From IMG/VR virus record IMGVR_UViG_3300000116_000008: a DNA stretch of 64,000 bases; one strand, 5' to 3'. Below, piece after piece: positions 20,396 to 27,621 of the stretch. Source of the DNA: an uncultured virus (IMG/VR IMGVR_UViG_3300000116_000008) (lineage: Duplodnaviria > Heunggongvirae > Uroviricota > Caudoviricetes). The notes beneath the pieces are model-generated. The model saw only the letters and a list, made by a program, of their open reading frames with translations, did not search any database and had not been told where the DNA came from. The position numbers were made by a program, and so were the translations under genes. The number at the start of each line of letters is the position of its first letter. The stretch's first letter is position 1.

Positions 20396-20428
20396 CCTGC
20401 GAATCCTCTTTTTACGAGGAAAAAAGTT

Positions 20429-20545
20429 CCTACAAAATCAAGACCTCTTGCTGACAGTTAGCTAGACCGTTGATCTCTTACGTGTTAATTCACGATGACG
20501 TACCTCAGACCCGATCGAACCAGTGGTACACCTTGACGTTGTAGG
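20429..20545 (-). ncRNA. Rod-shaped RNA with an internal bubble (6S-like candidate)
   Basis: CCUACAA-c-GUCAAG/CUUGAU-u-UUGUAGG closing stem, bubble, further helices, apical CGUG/CACG hairpin, then a U run. Confidence 0.5.
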
Positions 20546-20563
20546 TATCCTTACAAGGAATAA

Positions 20564-20738
20564 GGGGAGAGATTCTGTTTCCGCGCTCTCTCCAGGCGCA
20601 TAGAAATTAAGCGGCTAGCGCTAACTCCTGAGGTGCAAAATTATCGTTTGCGTTTATTAAAATCTTGCGGTTAAGGTCGCTTGCGCACCTGCTTCTAAGT
20701 ATAGGTGTTTACTCATCTGTCGATCCTATTTCACCCCC
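20564..20738 (-). ncRNA. ssrA: tmRNA coding piece of a two-piece permuted tmRNA; tag ANDNFAPQELALAA at 20651-20607
   Basis: 5' GGGGGTGAAATAGGATCGAC; tag frame GCA AAC GAT AAT...GCC GCT TAA; downstream pseudoknot GGAGAGA/TCTCTCC. Confidence 0.95.
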
Positions 20739-20744
20739 AATGGG

Positions 20745-20954
20745 TTATGCTGCGAGCCAAGTATTTACTTCAAAAACTTCAATAAGCATAAAGCTAAAAA
20801 GTAATAAGAGTATACTATATACAATTAATTTACCACTGAAGTTGTGTGCCGCCATTTTAATTGCTATAAGTTCATTGCCTAAAAATCTTAGTGCTAGCTC
20901 AAACTCATTATGCTCATCTTTAATGACTACGCCGTTTTTCTTTTCTTCGCTCAT
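20745..20954 (-). CDS. 69-aa membrane protein encoded inside the tmRNA intervening segment
   Basis: Purine-rich AAGAGAG before ATG, one C-terminal TM helix, ends WLAA; fills the 232-nt spacer. Confidence 0.7.
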   Translation of the reverse strand: MSEEKKNGVVIKDEHNEFELALRFLGNELIAIKMAAHNFSGKLIVYSILLLLFSFMLIEVFEVNTWLAA

Positions 20955-20970
20955 AATTTTCTCTCTTTTT

Positions 20971-21021
20971 TGGTGGAGGTGTCGGGTACCGCCCCCGAGT
21001 CCAGTCTGCCTACTCTACTTA
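20971..21021 (-). ncRNA. ssrA: tmRNA acceptor piece (5' boundary approximate)
   Basis: GGACTCGGGGGCGGTACCCGACACCTCCACCA; CACCTCC pairs with GGGGGTG to give G3:U70; TAAGTA..TAGG pairs with CCTATACTTA of the coding piece. Confidence 0.93.
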
Positions 21022-21267
21022 TACCTCAAACAAAGCACTGTCTATATTAAGTTCTTTGAGTTCTTCTTTAGTATTGTAATTAAAGATTCTAAAACTATCT
21101 GCTTCAAGATCCCATACTAATTCCATACCCTCTGGGTATTTGCTTTCAGAACCTGCACCTTGAACGTGCTTTTTTAAAAACGGTTCTGGTAAATCCCAAA
21201 TTCTTGCGAAAACCATTTCTCGATTTTCTCCGTTCTTTTTCTTAAAAGTTCCTTTGTATGCTTTCAT
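21019..21267 (-). CDS. WYL_2/SH3 (Sm-like) beta-barrel protein
   Basis: FKKKNGENREM...VWDLEADSFRIFN pattern. Confidence 0.65.
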   Translation of the reverse strand: MKAYKGTFKKKNGENREMVFARIWDLPEPFLKKHVQGAGSESKYPEGMELVWDLEADSFRIFNYNTKEELKELNIDSALFEV

Positions 21268-21291
21268 CTAACTCTCCATAATTATTACTTA

Positions 21292-21320
21292 ATTATAAAG
21301 AATTATTTAGCAACGTGCAA
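21292..21320 (-). promoter_or_regulatory. Sigma70-type promoter for the SH3 gene / tmRNA / ncRNA unit
   Basis: TTGCAC-17-TATAAT. Confidence 0.7.
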
Positions 21321-21590
21321 CTTCAAAGCGTCTGTAAATTGTTTCTTAACTGTTTCCCAATCATCTAGAGACAATCTATAGTGTCTAAAATAATCATTTG
21401 TATAAATCTTAACATGATTACTTAAAACAGTCAAAGTAAAATTGTGGTATACTACATGACCTGTTTTTATAGCCTTAATAAAAGCTTCTAGCGTAAAAGT
21501 TAAATTATGTACGTGGTTTTCTGAAATTTTTATTGCTAGATGGACGTGGTTTGTTTTGCTGATTTGGATTTTTATTAGGTCTTTGAACAT
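21303..21590 (-). CDS. Hypothetical protein (probable start MFKDLIK), overlapping the bS21 tail
   Basis: ORF track; the only ORF filling the gap. Confidence 0.5.
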   Translation of the reverse strand: MFKDLIKIQISKTNHVHLAIKISENHVHNLTFTLEAFIKAIKTGHVVYHNFTLTVLSNHVKIYTNDYFRHYRLSLDDWETVKKQFTDALKLHVAK

Positions 21591-21831
21591 TTTTATTTCT
21601 TCTATTTTTTCTAAATTGATTAAGTTCATCACGAACAAATTGCTGTTCTAGTTGTGCCCGTTTTTTGATCCAACGTTTTTTACCTGCTTTTTTTGCAAGT
21701 CTTTTCTTTTCTGCTTTTCCAGTAAAGTGCCGTCTTTCTCTAAGTTCTTTTGAAATACCTTCTTCTAAAAGTTTCTTTTTGAGAATCCTAAGAGCTTTAC
21801 TTACATCATTATTTCTGACTGAAATGTACAT
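21505..21831 (-). CDS. rpsU: Ribosomal protein bS21 with basic Asn/Pro-rich C-terminal extension
   Basis: ISVRNNDVSKALRILKKKLLEEGISKELRERRHF..KAEKKR. Confidence 0.88.
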   Translation of the reverse strand: MYISVRNNDVSKALRILKKKLLEEGISKELRERRHFTGKAEKKRLAKKAGKKRWIKKRAQLEQQFVRDELNQFRKNRRNKNVQRPNKNPNQQNKPRPSSNKNFRKPRT

Positions 21832-22744
21832 ATTTTTTATAATAGTCTTTTATAGTAGACTCATAATCCTTGTAGTTAAAGTTAAAATCAAAAGTTTTTA
21901 ATAACTTTTGCGAGTCTAATAATCCTCTCGGTTTTCCTGTAGGCCCAAACTTTTCTTCCCACTCAAACGGTTCTGTATATACTAGCTCTATTGCTTTTGC
22001 TGATCTGACAAAATTATATGATATATTATATATGCCAGGATTCCAGTTGTCTAAAATATTTTTAATTGCCAAAACGAAGTCCTCTATATAGATGCATGAC
22101 GCCGCTTCTATCATAAAAGGTTTTTTAGCTAAAATTTGTCTCTCTAAATTCATCCATATGGAAAATTTTCCGTCTCCCATACCGTACACATGAATTGGTC
22201 TTAATATAATATCTTTTTCACTGCAGATAGTTTCTGCCTTTGCTTTACTGTCTCCGTAATGGTCTACAGATCCTAAAGAGTACTGCTCGTCAATTAATCC
22301 TTCCCAAGTGCCGTAAACCATGCTACTACTAATATGTAAAACAGGTGTATCACCGTAAGCATTTTTAATTTCTTGTAATCCTGTTACTATTGAATTAGTT
22401 GTAAATTCTGGAAAATGTTGAGAAAGAATAGCTTCAGATAAAGCTCCACAATTAATAATTAAATCATATTCTTTATGTATAGGTAGCATCTCAAAAGAAT
22501 TTGATCGATGAATCTCTTTTACTTTTTCTTTTATGAGTCCAAGCCTATACTTTAAATTTAAAGTTCTATGCTTTGCTTCAATTTCATTTATAGGCTGAAG
22601 TCCTTGTGATCCTCGATGGATATACTTAAAACCAACATAATCTAAATCAAAGCCATCTACAATGTCAACCTCGTGAATTTGCCCTAATTCATTTACTAGG
22701 TGGGCTCCGATAAAGCCCAGTCCGCCTGTAATTAGTATTTTCAT
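21809..22744 (-). CDS. NAD-dependent epimerase/dehydratase
   Basis: GGLGFIG, SSSMVYG, YGDSK. Confidence 0.85.
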   Translation of the reverse strand: MKILITGGLGFIGAHLVNELGQIHEVDIVDGFDLDYVGFKYIHRGSQGLQPINEIEAKHRTLNLKYRLGLIKEKVKEIHRSNSFEMLPIHKEYDLIINCGALSEAILSQHFPEFTTNSIVTGLQEIKNAYGDTPVLHISSSMVYGTWEGLIDEQYSLGSVDHYGDSKAKAETICSEKDIILRPIHVYGMGDGKFSIWMNLERQILAKKPFMIEAASCIYIEDFVLAIKNILDNWNPGIYNISYNFVRSAKAIELVYTEPFEWEEKFGPTGKPRGLLDSQKLLKTFDFNFNYKDYESTIKDYYKKYVHFSQK

Positions 22745-22816
22745 AAATAATTTTCAACTGTGATAATTGTGTTATAAAACTTATTAAGTAAGGAAATAAG
22801 CATAACGTCTATTGTT

Positions 22817-23086
22817 CTATCCTATGTGGGTTAGGGCCCACTCAATAGCCTTTTTATTAGATAGTTTAGCATTGATGTGAGTTTTATGAGTATCATTTTT
22901 AAATAACATTAAACAAGGAAGTCTGCCTGGTTTTTGATTATACAAAGCTAAACGAGGATCGTTTTCATTTGCAAACTCTGTTACTAGTCCTTCAATCTCA
23001 TTAGATATTGCCGTAAGCTGATTTTTTATATATTCTATATTTAATGAATTTGACGAGTGAGAAAAACCTACTAGTTTATGCGCCAT
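22817..23086 (-). CDS. Hypothetical protein, thioredoxin-fold-like without CxxC
   Basis: RLPCLMLFKN cis-Pro-like motif. Confidence 0.45.
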   Translation of the reverse strand: MAHKLVGFSHSSNSLNIEYIKNQLTAISNEIEGLVTEFANENDPRLALYNQKPGRLPCLMLFKNDTHKTHINAKLSNKKAIEWALTHIG

Positions 23087-23261
23087 TGACTTGTTCCTTT
23101 AACTGCTTAATATCTTGTTGAAGTAACTCAATTGTTTCACGAAGTTCAGATATCTCTTGATGTAGATAACGAATATCCCCACCAAGATCATTAGCCAATT
23201 CATGAATTGAAGAATGTACTTCTTTCATCTCAAATTTTAATTGTTTATCGTCTATATACAT
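23076..23261 (-). CDS. Small coiled-coil protein
   Basis: Heptad pattern; promoter directly upstream. Confidence 0.55.
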   Translation of the reverse strand: MYIDDKQLKFEMKEVHSSIHELANDLGGDIRYLHQEISELRETIELLQQDIKQLKEQVNGA

Positions 23262-23267
23262 ATTTGT

Positions 23268-23296
23268 AGACTACAACATAATTTTATTTTTAGCAA
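23268..23296 (-). promoter_or_regulatory. Leftward sigma70-type promoter at the strand switch
   Basis: TTGCTA-17-TAGTCT, 6 nt before the ATG. Confidence 0.55.
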
Positions 23297-23304
23297 GGAA
23301 ATTT

Positions 23305-23490
23305 ATGCACAAACGACCATCTCTATTAGAAGCAAAAGCACTTCTGAATCAACATGCGCCTGACGTAATGAAAGAGTATTATACCCTTATAGTAACTCAC
23401 GGAGAGTTCTTTGCAGCTCGGTACCTTGTTGATATTGTTGACCACTACAATCATATAACCTCAGTAACTGCTCAAGCTAACAATTCATAA
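23305..23490 (+). CDS. Small hypothetical protein
   Basis: AAGGA SD before the ATG. Confidence 0.5.
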   Translation: MHKRPSLLEAKALLNQHAPDVMKEYYTLIVTHGEFFAARYLVDIVDHYNHITSVTAQANNS

Positions 23491-23612
23491 AGAGAGTTAG
23501 CTAGTTTAACATTATTTTCTTTAGTTAAATGAATCGCCGCAAAAGTTGATTGTGTTACTCATACCTAATTATATAAAAATACACTGTTTTAGCAAGTACT
23601 TTTACAAAGCGC

Positions 23613-23641
23613 TTGATTGTAGCTTAAATATTTTATATAAT
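23613..23641 (+). promoter_or_regulatory. Rightward sigma70-type promoter
   Basis: TTGATT-17-TATAAT. Similar promoters lie at 24890, 35984, 38095, 40488, 52504, 54240, 56943 and 59697. Confidence 0.7.
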
Positions 23642-23664
23642 TAATCATAAATAAGGGAGATTTT

Positions 23665-23970
23665 ATGGCTAAAGCAAAAAGAACAGTATTATCAAAAATC
23701 GGTTACTCTGACTGGAGTGTAAGAAGAACTATAGATGAAGCAGAAAATATTGCTCGTTGGCAACCTTGGTTAACCCATGAGTGGATGGAAGAAGCTGCCT
23801 CAAGACTAGATATTGTTTATGCACCTCATCATGACTATTATGATGCCGCAGTACATCGTATTAACGCATTGTGGAAACAACATAGGCGATTTAGATGGTT
23901 TAATGAAAGAGAGTTTTGGAAAGACGGAAAAACTTACCAAACACCTAAAATGTTAGATCCTTTTTTCTAA
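23665..23970 (+). CDS. Hypothetical protein
   Basis: GGGAGA SD; ORF track. Confidence 0.65.
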   Translation: MAKAKRTVLSKIGYSDWSVRRTIDEAENIARWQPWLTHEWMEEAASRLDIVYAPHHDYYDAAVHRINALWKQHRRFRWFNEREFWKDGKTYQTPKMLDPFF

Positions 23971-24854
23971 TGAATAGTGAATGTATAAAGTTACTCAATC
24001 AACTGCCTAAGTCGTACTTATTAATCGTATTTCCGCCACATCACCACGGGAATGCGATAGGCAGGATTATCAGTTCTCATAAAGAATTTTATTGGCATAT
24101 AACTGATTGTGACTTATCCTATGACAACATACCTGTAACTTCTCCACTAACTTGGCCTGAGAGTGTAGACCACTTTGGACCTGATAGAGCAATAAGTGAA
24201 GAACAATTCACTCGTAAACAAGCACTATTAGGAATGTATCGAAGAGTGCATGGCGGACTATTTTTGCATGATGAAGATTTACTTATAGATAAAGGTGATG
24301 TGTTTCAAACGCGTGCATTATCGAATCCAGGGATGCGCTTCACATTGCTACATCATGGCAATGAGCAGATGAATGAAGTTAGCTTACCAAAACTAGTGGT
24401 AACAGATTGTGAAGAAGGCTTTAGAGAAGCTCGACAATATGGAATGAACCCTGCTCAATATGAGTCTTTAGATTATAAATCATTTAATGCAGAGTATCAT
24501 TTAGATTATAGAAAACTCTTCTCTCATGATTATAATATGTTTTATGATGAATATATGAATTTAGTAAAACACTTAAATTTAACACCTAACGAAGATGAAG
24601 TGAGAGGCTTTGTATTACGCCTCTTAGATAGAATGAAACACTGCGATGAATATCTTTGGAAAATTATGCAAGATGATGGTACACTTAGTGAGCCTTACTA
24701 TACCTCATCATACTGTTATGACGACTTGTATTCGCCAGTGTTTAGAAAATTTGAAGCAGCTTATCTGCACTTTATTAGACTTAAAGAGTTACCTTATCAG
24801 ATGAACGCAGTACGAACCCGTATTTTGTTTGATTTAGATAAGAAAAATAGATGA
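23970..24854 (+). CDS. Hypothetical protein
   Basis: 294-aa coupled ORF. Confidence 0.6.
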   Translation: MNSECIKLLNQLPKSYLLIVFPPHHHGNAIGRIISSHKEFYWHITDCDLSYDNIPVTSPLTWPESVDHFGPDRAISEEQFTRKQALLGMYRRVHGGLFLHDEDLLIDKGDVFQTRALSNPGMRFTLLHHGNEQMNEVSLPKLVVTDCEEGFREARQYGMNPAQYESLDYKSFNAEYHLDYRKLFSHDYNMFYDEYMNLVKHLNLTPNEDEVRGFVLRLLDRMKHCDEYLWKIMQDDGTLSEPYYTSSYCYDDLYSPVFRKFEAAYLHFIRLKELPYQMNAVRTRILFDLDKKNR

Positions 24855-24931
24855 TTTTCACCGTGCTTGTTAATGTTCAAAATTTTAGTTTGCACACACC
24901 CATAAACTATGCTATTAATAGGAGATTATAA

Positions 24932-25303
24932 ATGTATTTTAAGCTAGTTTCAAAGAATGCCTACCGTGACTTAGTAAGAAACGCAAGGCGAATCTGCATC
25001 TCACAGATTAGTGACAGCGAAAAAAGCGATGCTTTTAACGAGCTGTATGAGACACTTAAGCGCCGTCTCGGAGAGACAACGCGTACACTTAACGCTGAGG
25101 GAGCTTTCGCTAAACGTTGCAATCATTGGAATCAGCGTGGCATACCTGATATCAAGCCTGTGAAAACGCTACGAAATCCGTGGCTAAGCTTCAAACGTGA
25201 GTTTGTTGACGCAATACACGCCAAAGATGCGTCTAAACGCATCGAAATAGCTTTGTCTTGGTTTTATGCAAATCCACACCGCGATGATTGGATCGCATCT
25301 TAA
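24932..25303 (+). CDS. Hypothetical protein
   Basis: AGGAGA SD and its own promoter. Confidence 0.65.
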   Translation: MYFKLVSKNAYRDLVRNARRICISQISDSEKSDAFNELYETLKRRLGETTRTLNAEGAFAKRCNHWNQRGIPDIKPVKTLRNPWLSFKREFVDAIHAKDASKRIEIALSWFYANPHRDDWIAS

Positions 25304-25710
25304 TACTACGCGAAGCGTGCGACCGAAGGGAGCAAGCCTTGAAGAACCATCATGTGCAACTAGTATGGAATATACTAAAAGGAATGCCTATTGAAGTTTT
25401 CGATGATGAGGAACAACAGATGTGGGCAAACGACACTTATGAGCTAGTAAGTTTAAGAGATGAGGGAGATTTTAAGGGGAGTAGAGCTATAGGCTCCGCA
25501 AATTTAGTAACCGCTCTCAATATAATTAACCAAAAAATTGTTATTGAAAATTTAGCGGATAAAAATGTCAGACACTCAGCTGAAATCGCACAGAAACTTT
25601 TTGCTCAAATTATTAAGCATCTACAAGAAGAAAAACTCATCAGAAAAATACCAACTAAAGTAAGAGAAACATTTAAAATTATAGAGGGAAACAATGGAAG
25701 CAGCACTTAA
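25288..25710 (+). CDS. Hypothetical protein
   Basis: ORF track; coupled. Confidence 0.55.
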   Translation: MDRILILREACDRREQALKNHHVQLVWNILKGMPIEVFDDEEQQMWANDTYELVSLRDEGDFKGSRAIGSANLVTALNIINQKIVIENLADKNVRHSAEIAQKLFAQIIKHLQEEKLIRKIPTKVRETFKIIEGNNGSST

Positions 25711-25930
25711 AACTGAACTAAAAGCAGAAATATCAAGAATCGTTGATTTAATGATTCAAATAGAAGCTATGAGAGATCAAATTGCGTCACTCAAGAAAGA
25801 CATTAAAGAAGAGTATGGAATCCCTGTTGCAACAATTACTAAAGTAGCAACGATAGTAAGAAAAGAAAATCTCTCTGAAGAAGAAGAGAAGTGGGAAGAA
25901 ATCAAAGACTTTGTAGCAGCCTGCTCATAA
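25694..25930 (+). CDS. T4 DsbA/GapR-like dsDNA-binding protein
   Basis: ELKAEISRIVDLMIQIEAMRDQIASLKKDIKEEYGIP..TITKV helical pattern. Confidence 0.65.
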   Translation: MEAALKTELKAEISRIVDLMIQIEAMRDQIASLKKDIKEEYGIPVATITKVATIVRKENLSEEEEKWEEIKDFVAACS

Positions 25931-25944
25931 AGTTTAAATTTTTA

Positions 25945-25997
25945 TTGACATTGACTTAGCTTTTTGTTATTCTATTTGAAATGTGAAAAGCTAAGTC
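25945..25997 (+). promoter_or_regulatory. Sigma70 promoter of the synthetase-tRNA unit, bracketed by a 12-bp inverted repeat
   Basis: TTGACA-17-TATTCT; GACTTAGCTTTT (25953-25964) and AAAAGCTAAGTC (25986-25997). Confidence 0.65.
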
Positions 25998-26035
25998 TTT
26001 AGCCATATTTTTTTTGAGCAAAAAAAGGAGAAAAA

Positions 26036-26884
26036 ATGACTCAATTAATAGACCCGAATAAATTTACAGAAACAGTTGGCCTTTTAAGGTCATTTTTTTT
26101 GGAAAAAGGATTCCTTGAAGTACATACTCAAAATAGACTTTCTATCTTAGCAGCATGTGAAGATCCCTTTAACGTAGCAACATATAATTATGCAAGTCAA
26201 GTTTGGCCACTACCTCAAACTGGACAAATGTGGTTAGAGCATGAGCTCTTAAGTCGGCCCTCTAGTAAGGGCTTTTTTTGTGTCTCCACTTCGTACAGAC
26301 AAGAACCAAATGCAATACCAGGTAGACACGACATAATATTTCCAATGTTTGAATTTGAGATGCCAGGTAACGTAGACGATCTAAAAGCAATGGAGTATGA
26401 ACTATGTGATTACTTAGGCTTTGGAAAACTTACAGAAAAGACATATGCTGAATGGCAACAACATTTTGGTTTAAGTGCTGACGTAGAAATGGAAGCAGAA
26501 CACGAACTAAAGATGGAAGCAGAATTTGGTCAAACTATTATCACAAACTTTCCTGAACTAACAAGCCCTTTCTGGAACATGGCAAGAAATGATGACGGCA
26601 ATACTGCTAAAAAGATGGATGTTATCTTAGGTGGTATGGAAACTATTGGATCAGCAGAACGTTCATGTGATGTTGATATGATGAGAGATACGTTTCATAG
26701 TATTGTAGATGGAGAGTATAGTGAATTACTATACAAATTATTCGGCAAAGAACGTGTAGAAGCAGAACTAGAGAATTTTTTAGAGTTTGATTTCTTTCAA
26801 AGAGTAGGTGGTGGAATAGGTATTACACGTATGATTCCTGCGCTGGAAAAGATTAACAAGATTAATACCCTTAATCTAGGGTAA
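26036..26884 (+). CDS. Class IIb (Asn/Asp) aminoacyl-tRNA synthetase catalytic core lacking the anticodon-binding domain (AsnRS2/asparagine synthetase-like)
   Basis: Motif 1 LRSFFLEKGFLEVHT, motif 2 SYRQE...RH..IFPMFEFE, ETIGSAER, motif 3 GGGIGITRM; only 282 aa. Confidence 0.88.
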   Translation: MTQLIDPNKFTETVGLLRSFFLEKGFLEVHTQNRLSILAACEDPFNVATYNYASQVWPLPQTGQMWLEHELLSRPSSKGFFCVSTSYRQEPNAIPGRHDIIFPMFEFEMPGNVDDLKAMEYELCDYLGFGKLTEKTYAEWQQHFGLSADVEMEAEHELKMEAEFGQTIITNFPELTSPFWNMARNDDGNTAKKMDVILGGMETIGSAERSCDVDMMRDTFHSIVDGEYSELLYKLFGKERVEAELENFLEFDFFQRVGGGIGITRMIPALEKINKINTLNLG

Positions 26885-26891
26885 TGAATAC

Positions 26892-26990
26892 TCTGGGATG
26901 GTGAAACGGTAGACACGCACGATTGTTTCTCGTGTGATAGATGACGGCAAATTATTTATCGTGGAGGTTCGAATCCTTCTCCCAGAGCCA
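26892..26990 (+). tRNA. Non-canonical tRNA-Asn (GTT) with a long variable arm
   Basis: Acceptor TCTGGGA/TCCCAGA, G73, CCA; D arm GTG..GGTAGA..CAC; anticodon stem CACGA/TCGTG, loop TTGTTTC; 28-nt variable region; T arm GGAGG-TTCGAAT-CCTTC. Confidence 0.88.
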
Positions 26991-27621
26991 ACATAATTAA
27001 ATCACTTAATTTTTGATGACTTTTAGCACCTGCATGAGAGTTATCAGGTGCAAAATCTTTATGTTTTTCTAAGTCTAAATGAAACTTAATGTAATCTTCA
27101 GTTAATTCTTCTAATTGTGGCTGTAAATGAGGAAAACAACAGTGATGAATAGTTTTTATTCCTTTTGTACTTATTATTTGTTTTGCTACTGCTCCGCTCC
27201 ACATTCTTTTTACTACCTCTTCTTCAGAAAAATATAGCATTCCTGCAGCGTGCCAAGCTGCTCTATGCTCTTTTGTATTCTTACGTTTATTATCCAATAT
27301 TTGTTCCGATAATGTCCAATTTCTATAATATTTTTCATTCTGTAGCACATGATTTGCTACTATAAATCCCTGCCACTGATTATTTCTAAAATCCCACACT
27401 TGCCACCGATATTCATTCGTGTGACCGATAAGTATTAAATCAGGTTTTAACTTGACAGCTTCTTCAACTTGTGCTGTAATAAGATATTCAGAAGCGCCAC
27501 TTTGAGCTAGGTTCTTTAAATCAGCTTTAAACTTATTTTGTACTAAATAGGGGTAACACTGCTTTTGATCAGAGAGTCCTTCTCCCTGAGTAAAACTATC
27601 GCCACAGGAAACTATTAACAT
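26956..27621 (-). CDS. SGNH/GDSL hydrolase-like protein
   Basis: CGDSFTQG, NLAQSGAS, DNSH. Confidence 0.8.
   Translation of the reverse strand: MLIVSCGDSFTQGEGLSDQKQCYPYLVQNKFKADLKNLAQSGASEYLITAQVEEAVKLKPDLILIGHTNEYRWQVWDFRNNQWQGFIVANHVLQNEKYYRNWTLSEQILDNKRKNTKEHRAAWHAAGMLYFSEEEVVKRMWSGAVAKQIISTKGIKTIHHCCFPHLQPQLEELTEDYIKFHLDLEKHKDFAPDNSHAGAKSHQKLSDLIMLALGEGFEPPR

Noticed and set aside
20416..20430. GAGGAAAAAAGTTCC resembling the RNase P RNA motif GAGGAAAGUCC
   Set aside because: Imperfect, opposite to local transcription, and no matching 3' P4 strand found
20665..21120. 151-aa plus-strand ORF in the track
   Set aside because: Antisense to tmRNA and two genes; TTG start, no SD, no motifs
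26935..26962. tRNA intron as the explanation for the extra sequence
   Set aside because: It sits at the variable-arm position, forms a simple stem-loop and is far too short for a group I intron
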